From an uncultured Candidatus Binatia bacterium (GTDB taxonomy: Bacteria; Desulfobacterota; Binatia; UBA9968; CAXXLF01), in the NCBI GenBank assembly GCA_965218425.1, contig OZ244621.1:832001-896000 (forward strand): a DNA stretch of 64,000 nt, written 5' to 3'. This document shows, piece after piece, positions 21,787-32,829 of the stretch; positions within the stretch are counted from its first letter, which is position 1; each line of letters opens with the position of its first letter. The translations under genes and the position numbers were made by a program. Under the pieces are notes generated by a model that made no database searches, was not told the DNA's origin, and saw nothing but the letters and a program-made list of their open reading frames with translations.

Positions 21787-22688
21787 TGACTGGTCGCTCC
21801 GAAACGAATCTTATCAGCAACTCTAAGCGCGCGAAAGGTGGCCCTGACATCATGAACCCGAATCATGTTAGCCCCTCCCATGGCAGCGGCCACCGCCGCA
21901 GCAATGCTCCCCTCTAGCCGCTCTTCAGGTCCCAGTTGAAGGACCGTGCCAATGAAGGTCTTGCGCGATGGACCCACCAGCAAAGGTTGTCTCAAAGAGA
22001 TTAAAGTCGTGAGAGAGCGTAATAGCTCCAGGTTGTGGCCTAAATTTTTACCAAATCCGATACCCGGATCAATGATGATATTCACGGGGTCCACCCCTTC
22101 CGATTTTGCAAAGTCTATTTGGCGCCGCAAGAAATCAACCACCTCCATCACGACATTACGATAGTTCGGCTGGGCTTGCATGGTGCGAGGCTTACCTTGC
22201 ATGTGCATGAGGACCACCGGCACCTTTTCCCGGGCCACCATGGACGCCATGGCGGGGTCAAATCGCAAGGCACTAATGTCGTTGATCACATCCACCCCTT
22301 CGTCTAGAGCACAACGCGCCACATGGGCCTTTGTGGTATCCACTGATAGGGGTATTTTCACGGCCCGTCGAAGCTCTTGAAGAACCGGAATCACCCGTTC
22401 CAATTCTTCCTCGTCTGAGACGAGTTCTGAACCCGGGCGAGTGGATTCGCCACCGATGTCAATCACATCCGCCCCCTCCTCCGCCAATTGGATGCCACGG
22501 CCGATTGCCCGCGCGGGGTCTAGATAATTCCCCCCATCAGAAAAGGAATCCGGCGTAACATTGAGAACTCCCATGATTGCCGTGCGGCAGTTCATGTCTA
22601 TGACGCCATGCCGTGTAGGAAGGAGCCATTGGGTCTGACCGCTGGATTCCGGCGTGCTAGGCAAGGAAAAATTCGATTGACCAGGCAT
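21783..22688 (-). CDS. folP: Dihydropteroate synthase
   Basis: [41 protein letters not shown]. Confidence 0.97.
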   Translation of the reverse strand: MPGQSNFSLPSTPESSGQTQWLLPTRHGVIDMNCRTAIMGVLNVTPDSFSDGGNYLDPARAIGRGIQLAEEGADVIDIGGESTRPGSELVSDEEELERVIPVLQELRRAVKIPLSVDTTKAHVARCALDEGVDVINDISALRFDPAMASMVAREKVPVVLMHMQGKPRTMQAQPNYRNVVMEVVDFLRRQIDFAKSEGVDPVNIIIDPGIGFGKNLGHNLELLRSLTTLISLRQPLLVGPSRKTFIGTVLQLGPEERLEGSIAAAVAAAMGGANMIRVHDVRATFRALRVADKIRFGATSQ

Positions 22689-22807
22689 GACTCTAAAGGT
22701 GAACTCCTCTGAATATTATTTAGGACCCGCCCCTAAATGGTCGGGCAATTTGTCTTTGGACTGAAAAGTGGAAATGAGGAAGGCTGCAAATCCCTGGATA
22801 GGCCAAC

Positions 22808-24646
22808 CTAAACTTTGGCCGTGGCCGGAAAAGCGGCAAGGGGCTGACCATCGTTCCCGCCAAATTCCCGGACCAAGGCGTCGATCTCCGAACCGTCCAA
22901 GGACTCTTTCTCAAGGAGCTTCTCCGCCACCCTATGAAGGAGCTCGCGATTGGTGGTAAGGATCTTCTTGGCACGCTCATAACTTTCCATGATAATCCGC
23001 CGGATCTCGGCATCGATGGCAACGGCCGTGTCCTCGGAATAATCCTGTTGTTGGGTAAAGTCCCTTCCCAGAAAGATTTGTTCCTCTTTCTTACCAAAGG
23101 TCATGGGACCCAACTTATCGCTCATTCCCCACTCACATACCATTCGATGGACAATGTCAGTGGCCCGTTCGATATCATTACCCGCCCCGGTGGTCATGTG
23201 CTCCAGCACCAGCTCTTCGGCCACGCGCCCTCCGAAGAGGATGACGACGTTATTGAGCAAGTAATCCTTAGGGTAGGTGTGCTTCTCATCGATGGGAAGT
23301 TGCTGGGTAAGTCCCAGAGCCATTCCCCGTGGTATGATCGTCACCTTGTGGATCGGGTCGGTCCCCGGGAGCATCTGGGCCACAAGGGCATGGCCAGCTT
23401 CATGATAAGCAGTATTGCGCTTCTCCTCTTCACTGATAATCATGCTCTTGCGCTCAGAGCCCATCATCACCTTGTCTTTTGCCAACTCGAAGTCCTGCAT
23501 ATCCACTTTTTCTTTGTCCTCACGAGCAGCCAGAAGGGCCGCCTCGTTGACCAGGTTTTCTAGATCCGCACCGGCAAAACCAGGGGTCCCTCTGGCCAAG
23601 ACAACCACATCCACGTCGTTGTCCAAAGGCACCTTGCGAACATGCACTGACAAGATCCCTTCCCTGCCCTTAATGTCGGGACGAGGAACGATCACCGTGC
23701 GATCAAACCGACCTGGACGTAGAAGTGCAGGATCCAACACATCGGGGCGATTGGTTGCCGCGATCAAGATAACGCCCTCATTGGCCTCGAACCCATCCAT
23801 TTCAACCAGCAGCTGATTCAGGGTCTGCTCCCTTTCGTCATGTCCACCCCCCAGACCGGCACCCCGTTGCCGCCCCACAGCGTCGATCTCGTCGATAAAA
23901 ATAATGCAGGGGGCATTTTTCTTTCCTTGCACGAAAAGATCTCTGACTCGAGAAGCCCCCACGCCTACGAACATTTCCACAAAATCAGAGCCACTGATGC
24001 TAAAGAAGGGAACCCCTGCCTCGCCTGCAATGGCCCGGGCCAGAAGGGTTTTGCCCGTACCCGGAGGCCCCACCAGGAGGCATCCCTTTGGAATGCGGCC
24101 TCCCAGTCTCGTAAACTTCTTCGGGTCTTTTAGAAAGGCAATGACCTCTTGCAAATCATCCTTGGCCTCTTCCACCCCCGCCACATCGTTAAAGGTGACC
24201 TTGGACTGGTTTTCGGTGAGAAGGCGTGCACGACTCTTGCCGAACGACATGGCCTTGCCACCCCCCACCTGCATCTGGCGCATAAAAAAGATCCACACGC
24301 CGATCAGAAGCAGCATGGGGAACCAATTCACGAGCAGAACCATATACCAGGGGGATTCATCCTCCGGTTTTGCGGCGATCCTTACCTTTCTCTCCCTCAG
24401 CATCTTCACCAGATCAGGATCGCCAGGGGTAAAGGTCTTGAAGGACTCACCGCTCTGATATTTACCCTGAATGCTGTTTCCCTGAATGGTAACCTCTTGC
24501 ACATCCCCCTTCTCGACGGATGCCCAGAAGTCGCTAAAGACCACTTCAGGTTCCCTGCTGTGCTGTCTGGTAAAGACATTAAACAGCAAGAGAAACACTA
24601 GCCCCAACACCAGCCACAGGGCTAGATTTTTAGATGTTTGGTTCAA
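22808..24646 (-). CDS. ftsH: ATP-dependent zinc metalloprotease FtsH
   Basis: Two TM helices, [25 protein letters not shown]. Confidence 0.99.
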   Translation of the reverse strand: MNQTSKNLALWLVLGLVFLLLFNVFTRQHSREPEVVFSDFWASVEKGDVQEVTIQGNSIQGKYQSGESFKTFTPGDPDLVKMLRERKVRIAAKPEDESPWYMVLLVNWFPMLLLIGVWIFFMRQMQVGGGKAMSFGKSRARLLTENQSKVTFNDVAGVEEAKDDLQEVIAFLKDPKKFTRLGGRIPKGCLLVGPPGTGKTLLARAIAGEAGVPFFSISGSDFVEMFVGVGASRVRDLFVQGKKNAPCIIFIDEIDAVGRQRGAGLGGGHDEREQTLNQLLVEMDGFEANEGVILIAATNRPDVLDPALLRPGRFDRTVIVPRPDIKGREGILSVHVRKVPLDNDVDVVVLARGTPGFAGADLENLVNEAALLAAREDKEKVDMQDFELAKDKVMMGSERKSMIISEEEKRNTAYHEAGHALVAQMLPGTDPIHKVTIIPRGMALGLTQQLPIDEKHTYPKDYLLNNVVILFGGRVAEELVLEHMTTGAGNDIERATDIVHRMVCEWGMSDKLGPMTFGKKEEQIFLGRDFTQQQDYSEDTAVAIDAEIRRIIMESYERAKKILTTNRELLHRVAEKLLEKESLDGSEIDALVREFGGNDGQPLAAFPATAKV

Positions 24647-24772
24647 TTGAACCCCCTTGGGAACAGACCTTCAAAAAAGAAAGCCCTTATTGGATTTACC
24701 ACAGTCAGAGGTTTAGATCAATCTATCTCGATTAACAGAAAGTTCAATATTTTCGAGGGTTAAGTGTAACGG

Positions 24773-26215
24773 CTACCCGTCAAGGGGCATAATTCGTACC
24801 TTCAAGATCTCCCTTGCGTTTGGACCGGCCTTCGCCAGCTCACTTCTGCCGTAACGAGGAATCCATAAAATTTCCTCTCCGGACACGAGGATGGGCAGGT
24901 ATCGGCGCATCGAGAGAGGGATTTTCTTCTCAATAAACAGGTCTTTCACCTTTTTGTGTCCTGTCATTCCCAGAGGTTGGAAACGGTCTCCAGTGCGAAA
25001 GTTCCGAACCGTGAGTGGTTGCGGGAGGGAACTGGAATCAAAATACGCCTCAAACTCATTTTGAGGTTTAGCGTCGGTTGAAACATGGGAGCTTCTCAGG
25101 CTCTGAAACCTCACCCCTGCTTCAGGCACCATCACGGAGCCTTCTCGCGGGAGAGAGTAACTATAGCACGGCAGCACAGGCTTCTTTCTTCCGCTTCTCT
25201 CGAGGCGAACGATATCGTACTCCTTCACCAGATTCCACCCCTTGGGTAGTGAGAACCTACCCTGTGACGGTCCCCGGGCCATAAACTCCAAGGCTGTTTC
25301 AACATGGCTAAAGGCCATGCCCCGGAGTTTATCGGAGTTGGATTCGAGCCACCTGCGGACAATCCTGCGTTGGATTGCCTTGTCTTCTTGCAGCAGGGCC
25401 CCAATCATGAGGTCTCCACCACCTCCAAGCCGTTGGAGCCCCCGCAAGGTGATCCCATCCAATATTTTCTCTTCCTCACGAAAAATCTCTGCTAACTGCG
25501 CCAGCCTATCACTCACCCCATCATCAATTCTCTCCCTGAGCTGGGGTAGCAATTGGTGACGAGTCCAGTTGCGCAGCAGTCGGCAGTCCAGATTGGTGGA
25601 ATCTGTGCGGTAATCGAGGTTTCGATCCGCAAGATAGGCTAAAATTTCTTGACGAGAGTCCTCAATGAGGGGACGAACCAGAGACAAATCGGTGGATGGT
25701 GAGGCCTGGTCCTTGAAATGGCGCAGGGGCGAGATTCCGCCCAACCCTCTTCGCCCGCTCCCGCGCAGAAACCACATGATCACGGTCTCTGCTTGATCAT
25801 CCCTGGTATGTGCGGTAGCAACCTTATTGAACGTGCAACCCTTGGCCATATCGACAAAAAACTCGTATCGTTCCTTGCGGGCCAGGGCCTCCATGTTACC
25901 CTTGCCGTTTTCCAACCTCACCTGCGGCAAATCAACTTCCCTGAGGAAGAACGGGACAGCCCATTGCTCTGCCAAATGGGCCACAAAGCGCGCATCCTCC
26001 CGAGCCTCCTCTCCGCGCAAGCCATGAATGAGGTGGGCCACAGCGAGTCGCAAGCCGAGTTCTTCGCGCAGGCTCAACATCAGATGGAACATGGCCACGG
26101 AGTCTGGTCCCCCGGACACTCCCAACAATACGCCATCCCCATGGGAGAGCATGCCGTATTTTCGGATGGTTTCCTTAATTTTGATTTCGAGATTCCTCAT
26201 GAAGCGGTCACTCAA
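24773..26215 (-). CDS. tilS: tRNA(Ile)-lysidine synthetase
   Basis: SGGPDS, TAHTRDDQAET, RPL, DSTN, KKVKDLFIEKKIP. Confidence 0.96.
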   Translation of the reverse strand: MSDRFMRNLEIKIKETIRKYGMLSHGDGVLLGVSGGPDSVAMFHLMLSLREELGLRLAVAHLIHGLRGEEAREDARFVAHLAEQWAVPFFLREVDLPQVRLENGKGNMEALARKERYEFFVDMAKGCTFNKVATAHTRDDQAETVIMWFLRGSGRRGLGGISPLRHFKDQASPSTDLSLVRPLIEDSRQEILAYLADRNLDYRTDSTNLDCRLLRNWTRHQLLPQLRERIDDGVSDRLAQLAEIFREEEKILDGITLRGLQRLGGGGDLMIGALLQEDKAIQRRIVRRWLESNSDKLRGMAFSHVETALEFMARGPSQGRFSLPKGWNLVKEYDIVRLERSGRKKPVLPCYSYSLPREGSVMVPEAGVRFQSLRSSHVSTDAKPQNEFEAYFDSSSLPQPLTVRNFRTGDRFQPLGMTGHKKVKDLFIEKKIPLSMRRYLPILVSGEEILWIPRYGRSELAKAGPNAREILKVRIMPLDG

Positions 26216-26271
26216 GATACGCTACCTAGTTAGTAAACATTTGATATGGGTTTCTCCCTCCTTTCGGAACA

Positions 26272-26445
26272 ATTGCCCTCGCCCAAAGCCCATGCGACGG
26301 GGAAGCGAGGATGAAGGGCATGGTCATCCAACGTAACGCTTCGAGTATTCACCAGCTTATGCCCACGGCCTGGCCTCGACGGTGAGCTCGGCCGAACCGA
26401 ATGCTCGCCGCCCGAGGAGAACCCAAGCTTCGGGGGCCGCTTCTT
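26272..26445. repeat. Dispersed ~150-bp structured repeat, copy 1 (decayed, with ~27-nt insert)
   Basis: Collinear blocks shared with 34921-35069: atgcgacg, gcgag, catc-aacgta, tattcacc, gcccacggcctg, ctcgccgcccgaggaga. Confidence 0.8.
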
Positions 26446-26594
26446 GGCGGGAGTCCGTGAATTGTTTCTTGTTTGCTCAATTCAGCCCTTGACCTATTAA
26501 AATTCCGCGCGCATTACCACCTGAAAGCAAACGGACTTGGTCGAGTGTCACCTCTAAAAATTCCGCAAATTCAAAGATCCACAATCCTCGGCCA

Positions 26595-27683
26595 CTACAA
26601 TTTCAAGCGACCCGCATAACCGGTCATCTCCACATACCCTACGCCCCCAACGTGCTTTTTTTCAAAGACCCCCTGAACCCGCACGGCTCCTTCCCAGTAG
26701 GTCACGCGGGTACTCTTTCGTGTATCCAGCTCCTGTGCGGTGAATACAGGAACCACTTCCAGACTAATATCTTCCCCTGGAATCAAAATTTGCCACCCCA
26801 TTGGATACGTACCGCCGCTCTGAGGGCTTTTCCACTTGTGCAACACCTGCACCCGGAATTCTCCCAATGGGAGACGCCGGGTCGTACCATCCTTATAAAT
26901 CAACGTGCCGCTGGAAAAAGCGTCCACCGAACCGTCCTTGCGGCGGATCAAGTACAGCATCAGCTCTGTCTGGTTCTCTAACTGGAGACTAAACCAATCC
27001 CATCCCACCTGATCGTCTCCCAACTGGTCACTGCCAAATTCGTGATCCATCCAGCTTAGCCCCCGAACCTTTTCCCTTTTCCCCTCAATCTCAATCTCTC
27101 CATCCGTCCGCAGCCGGGTCAAGGAATAGTAATGGGAGGCGCGACCTATTCCTTCTCCCTTTTGACTCAGACCGTTTTGGCCGTGAAGCACCGGGGGCTT
27201 GAGTGGGGTCAACCGTAACCTCAATACTCGGTCTCTATCCTTGACCGTAATCATATGGCTCTTGCCCTTGAGCTCCACCTTCCAGTCTTCATTCCAGACC
27301 AAAAAACGGGTAGTCGATGCTCCTGCTATTCCATTGTATCCCCGGTTCACTCTTTCCCGAAAGACAAACCTTTTCTCCTTCTTATCGGATAACGCAAAAT
27401 GGGCCATGTAAAGTTCCGTAAACATGGGAGGGATTTTGCTTTGCGCGATTTGGCGATCTCGTAAACCGTAGCGGAAGAACGTCACCTGATAGCCATAACT
27501 TCTCCCCCCTTCGGTCTCCAAATGGCCGGTGTAATACCACCATTCAGTCCGAAAGTCGGGGTGCGAAAAATGGTCCCGGGGGAACGATAGGGTTCTGTTA
27601 GGTACAGCCAACCGATAGCTGAAAGATGAGGCTACCATTAAGGTGACCAGCAGCCCAAGTGAGATAGACCTACGACCCACCAT
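26595..27683 (-). CDS. Lipocalin-like / AttH-CrtC family secreted protein
   Basis: Signal peptide; FPRDHFSHPDFRTEWWYYTG, SHYYSLTRL, WMDHEFG, GWDWFSLQL, YWEGAV, GYVEMTGY. Confidence 0.9.
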   Translation of the reverse strand: MVGRRSISLGLLVTLMVASSFSYRLAVPNRTLSFPRDHFSHPDFRTEWWYYTGHLETEGGRSYGYQVTFFRYGLRDRQIAQSKIPPMFTELYMAHFALSDKKEKRFVFRERVNRGYNGIAGASTTRFLVWNEDWKVELKGKSHMITVKDRDRVLRLRLTPLKPPVLHGQNGLSQKGEGIGRASHYYSLTRLRTDGEIEIEGKREKVRGLSWMDHEFGSDQLGDDQVGWDWFSLQLENQTELMLYLIRRKDGSVDAFSSGTLIYKDGTTRRLPLGEFRVQVLHKWKSPQSGGTYPMGWQILIPGEDISLEVVPVFTAQELDTRKSTRVTYWEGAVRVQGVFEKKHVGGVGYVEMTGYAGRLKL

Positions 27684-27801
27684 AATTAACAGTTCCAGAT
27701 TCTTTATATAAGTATATCATCTCAAGCTGCAATGGAGGATCAGATGACGGCCCTAAAAAAATGGATTGAGACAGGACCGAAGTAATGCTATAAGAGCCGT
27801 T

Positions 27802-28638
27802 ATGGAATCGGGAGGATACGCCCGTCCGGAGCTACTCACGACCGCGGAGGAATTGAATCAATGTTTAAGGGACCCTGCCCTATGCCTCATTGACACCCGG
27901 CCTGCGGAACAATTCGCTCAGGGTCATATCCCGGGATCCGTCCATTTCGATCTTTTCGGGCTAAGCCTCATTGATACCAGTCCGGCCCCCCTCAAGGCTT
28001 TTAATTTCATGATTCACCACATCTTCGACATGCGAGGCGTGGACGAAAACAAGAGAGTCGTTTTCTATGAGGAAACCTCAGGCATGAGGGCCGCACGCGG
28101 ACTGTGGTTTTTGGAATACTTCGGCCATCCAAATGTTCAAGTCCTGGATGGCGGGGTCCAGGCTTGGAGACAGGGTGGATTTTCCATCACCACCGATGTC
28201 ACCCCCCCTGTTTCATCACGATTGAAAGCGGTAGAGAAGAAAAACCTACTGGCAACGGCGGACTACCTATTGGCGTCACTGAACCAGGGCGCCTCCTGCA
28301 TCCTCGATACCCGCAGTGACGATGAGTACATGGGACGAAATGTTCGAGCCGCGCGAGGCGGGGCTATCCCCGGCGCCATCCACCTGGAGTGGACCCGAAG
28401 CCTGGATGAGAGAGGTGGGTTCAAACCCGCCTCAGAACTGAAAGCCATGTTCCTAAAGGCAGGCATCACTCCGGACAAGGAAATCATCGCCTACTGTCAG
28501 GGGGGGTACCGCTCGGCCCATTCCTATCTGGCCCTCAGACTCCTTGGCTACCCCAGAGTTCGAAATTACCTTGGCTCCTGGAAGGAATGGGGCGATCGTT
28601 TAAAGTTGCCCATTGAAAGGCCCTGGGAAACACGGTGA
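27802..28638 (+). CDS. Tandem-rhodanese sulfurtransferase (SseA family)
   Basis: GHIPGS, LDGG, AYCQGGYRS active-site loop, YLGSWKEW; start placed at ATG 27802. Confidence 0.93.
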   Translation: MESGGYARPELLTTAEELNQCLRDPALCLIDTRPAEQFAQGHIPGSVHFDLFGLSLIDTSPAPLKAFNFMIHHIFDMRGVDENKRVVFYEETSGMRAARGLWFLEYFGHPNVQVLDGGVQAWRQGGFSITTDVTPPVSSRLKAVEKKNLLATADYLLASLNQGASCILDTRSDDEYMGRNVRAARGGAIPGAIHLEWTRSLDERGGFKPASELKAMFLKAGITPDKEIIAYCQGGYRSAHSYLALRLLGYPRVRNYLGSWKEWGDRLKLPIERPWETR

Positions 28639-29056
28639 AAAAAACCCCTTACCTGAACGCCCCGCAAGTAAGGCCCCTTCATCACAGAAGGCCATTTCCG
28701 AACTGGGCCGCGCACTTTCTTCCACCTTAGAATCCGGACACCATCTTTCAAGTACCAGCAAAAGGCGTCAAAGCGCGTATCCGGCACGATCATCTCTCCG
28801 GCCATCGGGTCAACAACCACAACGCCCATTGCGTCTTTGTCACCCCCAACAGCGAAGGAAGTGCAAAGTCCACTGCCTCCAATGGAAGCGAAAATTCCCT
28901 CACGGATCGCATCCTACGGGAAAGGAATCCCATGGTCTGGAAGGACGCGCGGACTGAGAAAGGAAGCGAACAGTTAAGCCAATTGGATCTAAGATCCGTC
29001 GTTGGCTACGCAAGAGTGGTGCACAAGATACGAACCAGCGGGATGGAGGGTTTAAG

Positions 29057-29809
29057 ATGCTGTTAAAAAATCAGGTGGCAATTGTAACAGGAGGAGGAAG
29101 CGGCCTCGGCCGTGCCATGACCCTTGGGCTTGCCAAAGAGGGAGTGAAGGTCCTGATTGCAGAAGTCAGAGAACCCGAAGGTCAGAAAGTCCTGAAAGAG
29201 ATTCGATCCACCGGCGGCACAGGGGAGCTCTTTGTTGGCGATATCAGCCAGGAAAACACGGCCAAAGAACTCATCGATTCTTGCGTCCAACGCATGAAAG
29301 GGTTGGACATCCTGATCAATAACGCCGGTCTGAGGATGGAAGACCATGAGGACGGTGTCTATGAAGACTGGAGATGTTTGAAAAAGCGCCCCACCCACGA
29401 CGTCCCCATAGAGGAGTGGGACCTACTCATCAGAATCAATCTCAGGGCGCCCTATCTCTGCACACACTTTGCGCTACCTTACCTGATTCAACAAAAACGG
29501 GGCACGATTATCAGCACCTCATCCGGCGCCGGGAGCCGGGGAGTGGCCGGCAAGAGCGCCTACTGCGCATCCAAGCATGGAATTGAAGGCTTCATGAAAA
29601 CCGTCGCTGAAGAGGTGCAACCATACGGGATCAGCGCCAATTCCATTCATCCAGGGCGTGGACGGGCCAATGTGGATGGACGCGGCGGAACGCCTCCCGA
29701 GGCCATGGTCCCACTGGTTCTTTTCCTGTCTAGTCAGGACCGACCAAACGTCACGGGCCAATCCCTTACAGCCATGGATTGGAACGAAGGGAAGGTGAAA
29801 CGACAATAG
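29057..29809 (+). CDS. SDR-family NAD(P)-dependent oxidoreductase
   Basis: TGGGSGLG, NNAG, YCASK; GGAGG RBS. Confidence 0.93.
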   Translation: MLLKNQVAIVTGGGSGLGRAMTLGLAKEGVKVLIAEVREPEGQKVLKEIRSTGGTGELFVGDISQENTAKELIDSCVQRMKGLDILINNAGLRMEDHEDGVYEDWRCLKKRPTHDVPIEEWDLLIRINLRAPYLCTHFALPYLIQQKRGTIISTSSGAGSRGVAGKSAYCASKHGIEGFMKTVAEEVQPYGISANSIHPGRGRANVDGRGGTPPEAMVPLVLFLSSQDRPNVTGQSLTAMDWNEGKVKRQ

Positions 29810-29841
29810 TTCAAAGGGCCCCTAGCGAAGCCAATCCTTCC

Positions 29842-31002
29842 TCATGAACCGCTAGCCGCAGCGGCACTACTTCCGTTGGCTTCCCCCAAGGTTCGAATTT
29901 CCGGATAGACCTCACGGGCAAAGAGCTCCATGCTGCGTCTGGTCTCCTGTGCGGTCATGGATCCCGCCTGGTTCATCATTAACAGGTTTCCCACTCCACA
30001 TCGCTGGTGAAGGTATTTCACCTTATCTGTGACGGTCTTCGGGCTCCCGCAAATGACCACCCCTTCCGCGATTAGCTGCTCCCAGGAACGCGTGTAACGG
30101 ATATTGCCTTTCGGATCGTAGAACCTGGCCAAGGCCACCGGAGGAGCAAATCCGGCAGGGGCGAAAAATCCAACGGGCCGCTTGCGGTTGAGGTACCAGA
30201 GGAGTTTCTTACCCACCTCCTCAGCTTGTCGATCGGTCTCACCCGTATAACAGAGTCCCAAATAGGCAAACTTTTCGGGTCCCGGTTCTGGATAATTCAT
30301 CTTCTGGCAGTGGTCCCGATACCTTTTAAAGAGGGCATCCGTTTGGTCGTAGGAGGTGAGAAAGGCACAGAAGGGATAATGGTGGTCAGCAACCCAGGGC
30401 GCGCCGTCCGGTTGGCTTCCGGTTATCCAGATGGGAGGGTGTGGTTGTTGATAGGGCCGCGGCCAAGGATTCACGTAGCGAAAGTGAAAGTGTTTCCCTT
30501 CCCAGTTGAAGACCTCCTGAGCAGTCCAGGCTTTGAGAATCAGGTCATGGGCTTCCTGCATCCGCTCACGGGTATGGGAGGGATTGGTGTTCGCGGGATG
30601 AATTTCGGTGCCCACACCGCGGACGAAACCGATGATCATCCGCCCGCCCGACAACACATCAAGCATTGCGGCCTCTTCCGCCACTTGGACAGGGTTTCGG
30701 TGTGCCAGAGGATAGCCCACGATGGCAATCTTCGCCCGCTTGGTGCGCCGGATCAGCGCCCCAGCGCTTATGGAACAGTTCGCGTCTAGACAGGTGGCGG
30801 TGGCGTGGTGTTCGTTGAGCATGATATTTAGACCCAGCTCATCGGCGTACTCATATTCATCCAAGTATCGGTTATAGAGCTCGTTACCCTTGCGAGGATC
30901 AAAGTAGCGGTTGGGGAGCGTCACGCGCATAGCCCCATAACGGTCTTCCACGTCCTCAGGGAGGAAAGGATAAGGCATCTCGGTAAAATGATAAGCCAAC
31001 AT
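29842..31002 (-). CDS. Luciferase-like (LLM class) flavin-dependent monooxygenase
   Basis: NEHH, AEEAAMLDVLSGGR, PRPYQQPHPPIW, SMELFAREVYP. Confidence 0.93.
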   Translation of the reverse strand: MLAYHFTEMPYPFLPEDVEDRYGAMRVTLPNRYFDPRKGNELYNRYLDEYEYADELGLNIMLNEHHATATCLDANCSISAGALIRRTKRAKIAIVGYPLAHRNPVQVAEEAAMLDVLSGGRMIIGFVRGVGTEIHPANTNPSHTRERMQEAHDLILKAWTAQEVFNWEGKHFHFRYVNPWPRPYQQPHPPIWITGSQPDGAPWVADHHYPFCAFLTSYDQTDALFKRYRDHCQKMNYPEPGPEKFAYLGLCYTGETDRQAEEVGKKLLWYLNRKRPVGFFAPAGFAPPVALARFYDPKGNIRYTRSWEQLIAEGVVICGSPKTVTDKVKYLHQRCGVGNLLMMNQAGSMTAQETRRSMELFAREVYPEIRTLGEANGSSAAAASGS

Positions 31003-31019
31003 ACCGTCTCACTCCTCTC

Positions 31020-31814
31020 TCAAAGCAGAAACTCTTTCACGGCGCCCACAAACTCCCCCGGCTGCTCCACATGTGGATAATGGCCGGCTCCAGGGATGAG
31101 GCTGAACTTTGAGTCTGAAATAGCATGATGATAGGCGCGCCCATATTCCGGCGTGACAACTCGATCGTTCTCTCCCCAAACCAAGAGGGTGGGCACCTTG
31201 ATCCGGGCCAGTCGCCGCTTAAGTTTTGGGTTATGCATGAATGGCCTCCAACCCAACATGAGAACCGTCTGCCGATCCTTTAGCGCCTCAAGGAGTTCTT
31301 CTTGGCTCATGTCCAGTGCGCCGGGCGCCTTCATCTTCGCCCCTTTTGCGGGATCATGGAAGGCCAGTCGAACCCATTCGTCGTAGGATAGAACGAAAAT
31401 ATCTGCGATATCCCGCACCCATGGATCGGAGACCTTAATCCCCAAGGAATCGGCAAGAATCAATTTCTGCAGGCGACTCTGGGAACGCACCGCCATTTCT
31501 GCCGCAACCCAACCACCAAATCCACTCCCCAAGACATTGACCTTACCTAGATTTAGTTGCTCCAGCAGATCAAGGAAAACGTAGGCCAGGTCATCGACGC
31601 TGTCCACCCACTCGGGAAGCTCCGACCCACCAACACCCGGCAGGGAAGGGACGAGGACATGAAAGTGTTCAGCTAGGCCATGATGGAAGGGCAACACCTG
31701 ACGGCCAACCTCCTCTCCGTGGAGGATGACCAGAGGGGGACCATTTCCCTTCTCCCGCAGGTCCACAGTGATACCGCCAAAATTAACCTGTATTTGCCGC
31801 CAATCTGCCGCCAT
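31020..31814 (-). CDS. Alpha/beta-fold hydrolase with Gly at the nucleophile position
   Basis: LHG, GSGFGG elbow, PTLLVWGENDRVV, GAGHYPHVE. Confidence 0.88.
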   Translation of the reverse strand: MAADWRQIQVNFGGITVDLREKGNGPPLVILHGEEVGRQVLPFHHGLAEHFHVLVPSLPGVGGSELPEWVDSVDDLAYVFLDLLEQLNLGKVNVLGSGFGGWVAAEMAVRSQSRLQKLILADSLGIKVSDPWVRDIADIFVLSYDEWVRLAFHDPAKGAKMKAPGALDMSQEELLEALKDRQTVLMLGWRPFMHNPKLKRRLARIKVPTLLVWGENDRVVTPEYGRAYHHAISDSKFSLIPGAGHYPHVEQPGEFVGAVKEFLL

Positions 31815-31829
31815 AGAACCTCTACTGAA

Positions 31830-32741
31830 TCAATTATTCTTGAAAAAGTCGATGGCTAGGGAATTGAACTCTTCAGCGTGCTCGATATGGGAGCAGTGCC
31901 GAGACCGATCAAATAACTTGGCCTGGGATCCCGCAATCTCTCTTTGCAGCTCATTGACATAGCTCGGAAGACGCAAAAGATCGTCCGCCCCTCCCATGAT
32001 AAAAACTGAACACCGAATTTTACTGTAGTCTGGTCGCGTTGAAGGACGAAAACCTCGGACCTCCCCTTTCGGGGCCAACCGTGCCACCGCACAGGCCTCC
32101 CAAACACCCGGCTCCCGACTGGCCTGCCATCGTTGTTCCACAAGATCATCGGCCCACCAGCGCTCGTCATAAAAGAGAACCTTCAGGATCTCCCGCATCT
32201 CCTCCCGTTTCCCGTCATAACCGGTAAGTACCTTACGGGCATCGTTGTCCGGTGCCTTACCTCCCCCGCTCACCACAATCACCGAGCGAACATGGAATCC
32301 CAACTCCTCCTTTGCGGTCATTTGGAGCACTAGACCTCCACCAAAGGAATTTCCAACCAGGTGTACTGGTCCAATTCCCAGGGTCTCCAAAAATCGACGC
32401 AAATGGCCCGCCCGAAAACCCACCGTGTCCGTGAAACTATGGACCAGGTCAGTGCGTCCAAAACCCACCATATCCGGGGCCACCACACGAAAGTGCCTGC
32501 CCAATTCCGCGATGTTATAGCGCCAACTAAATTTCGCCCGAGCGCCAAACTCTCCACTGTGAACCAGAAGTATCGTGGCCAGGTCACTGTTGGCGCTTGA
32601 CGGCTTGGCCTCCAAATAGTGAGTGTAGATTTCTCCCACCTGGATATAGCCGTTGGTAACGCCTTCGGGCAAGTTTTCTGCTGGTTGTCGCTCAATATTT
32701 GCCGGCATTTCCAGGTTGGAAAGTAGCTTGAAAGATTCCAA
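31830..32741 (-). CDS. Alpha/beta-fold hydrolase (meta-cleavage-product hydrolase-like)
   Basis: APDMVGFG, GNSFGG, C-terminal HCSHIE; true start probably ATG 32708. Confidence 0.88.
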   Translation of the reverse strand: MESFKLLSNLEMPANIERQPAENLPEGVTNGYIQVGEIYTHYLEAKPSSANSDLATILLVHSGEFGARAKFSWRYNIAELGRHFRVVAPDMVGFGRTDLVHSFTDTVGFRAGHLRRFLETLGIGPVHLVGNSFGGGLVLQMTAKEELGFHVRSVIVVSGGGKAPDNDARKVLTGYDGKREEMREILKVLFYDERWWADDLVEQRWQASREPGVWEACAVARLAPKGEVRGFRPSTRPDYSKIRCSVFIMGGADDLLRLPSYVNELQREIAGSQAKLFDRSRHCSHIEHAEEFNSLAIDFFKNN

Positions 32742-32829
32742 GAGTCAAATCGTTTGCCGAGCAGACAAAACTATTCACTTTCAAACGGATTTCATGCTAG
32801 TCTCTGATGCTAGAAGGAGGACACGGATC

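Noticed and set aside
22934..24601. Long plus-strand ORFs opposite ftsH (and similar shadows opposite cstA, nnr, glmM, the MFS gene, fabF and pyrE)
   Set aside because: Antisense or alternate-frame shadows of well-supported genes with no motifs of their own.
26216..26594. tRNA gene upstream of tilS
   Set aside because: No cloverleaf with a T-loop and acceptor stem; the region is better explained by the dispersed repeat.
28566..29056. Possible gene remnant on the minus strand (IFASIGGSGL..MGVVVVDP)
   Set aside because: Only a faint resemblance to nucleoside phosphorylase N-termini; not supportable without a search.
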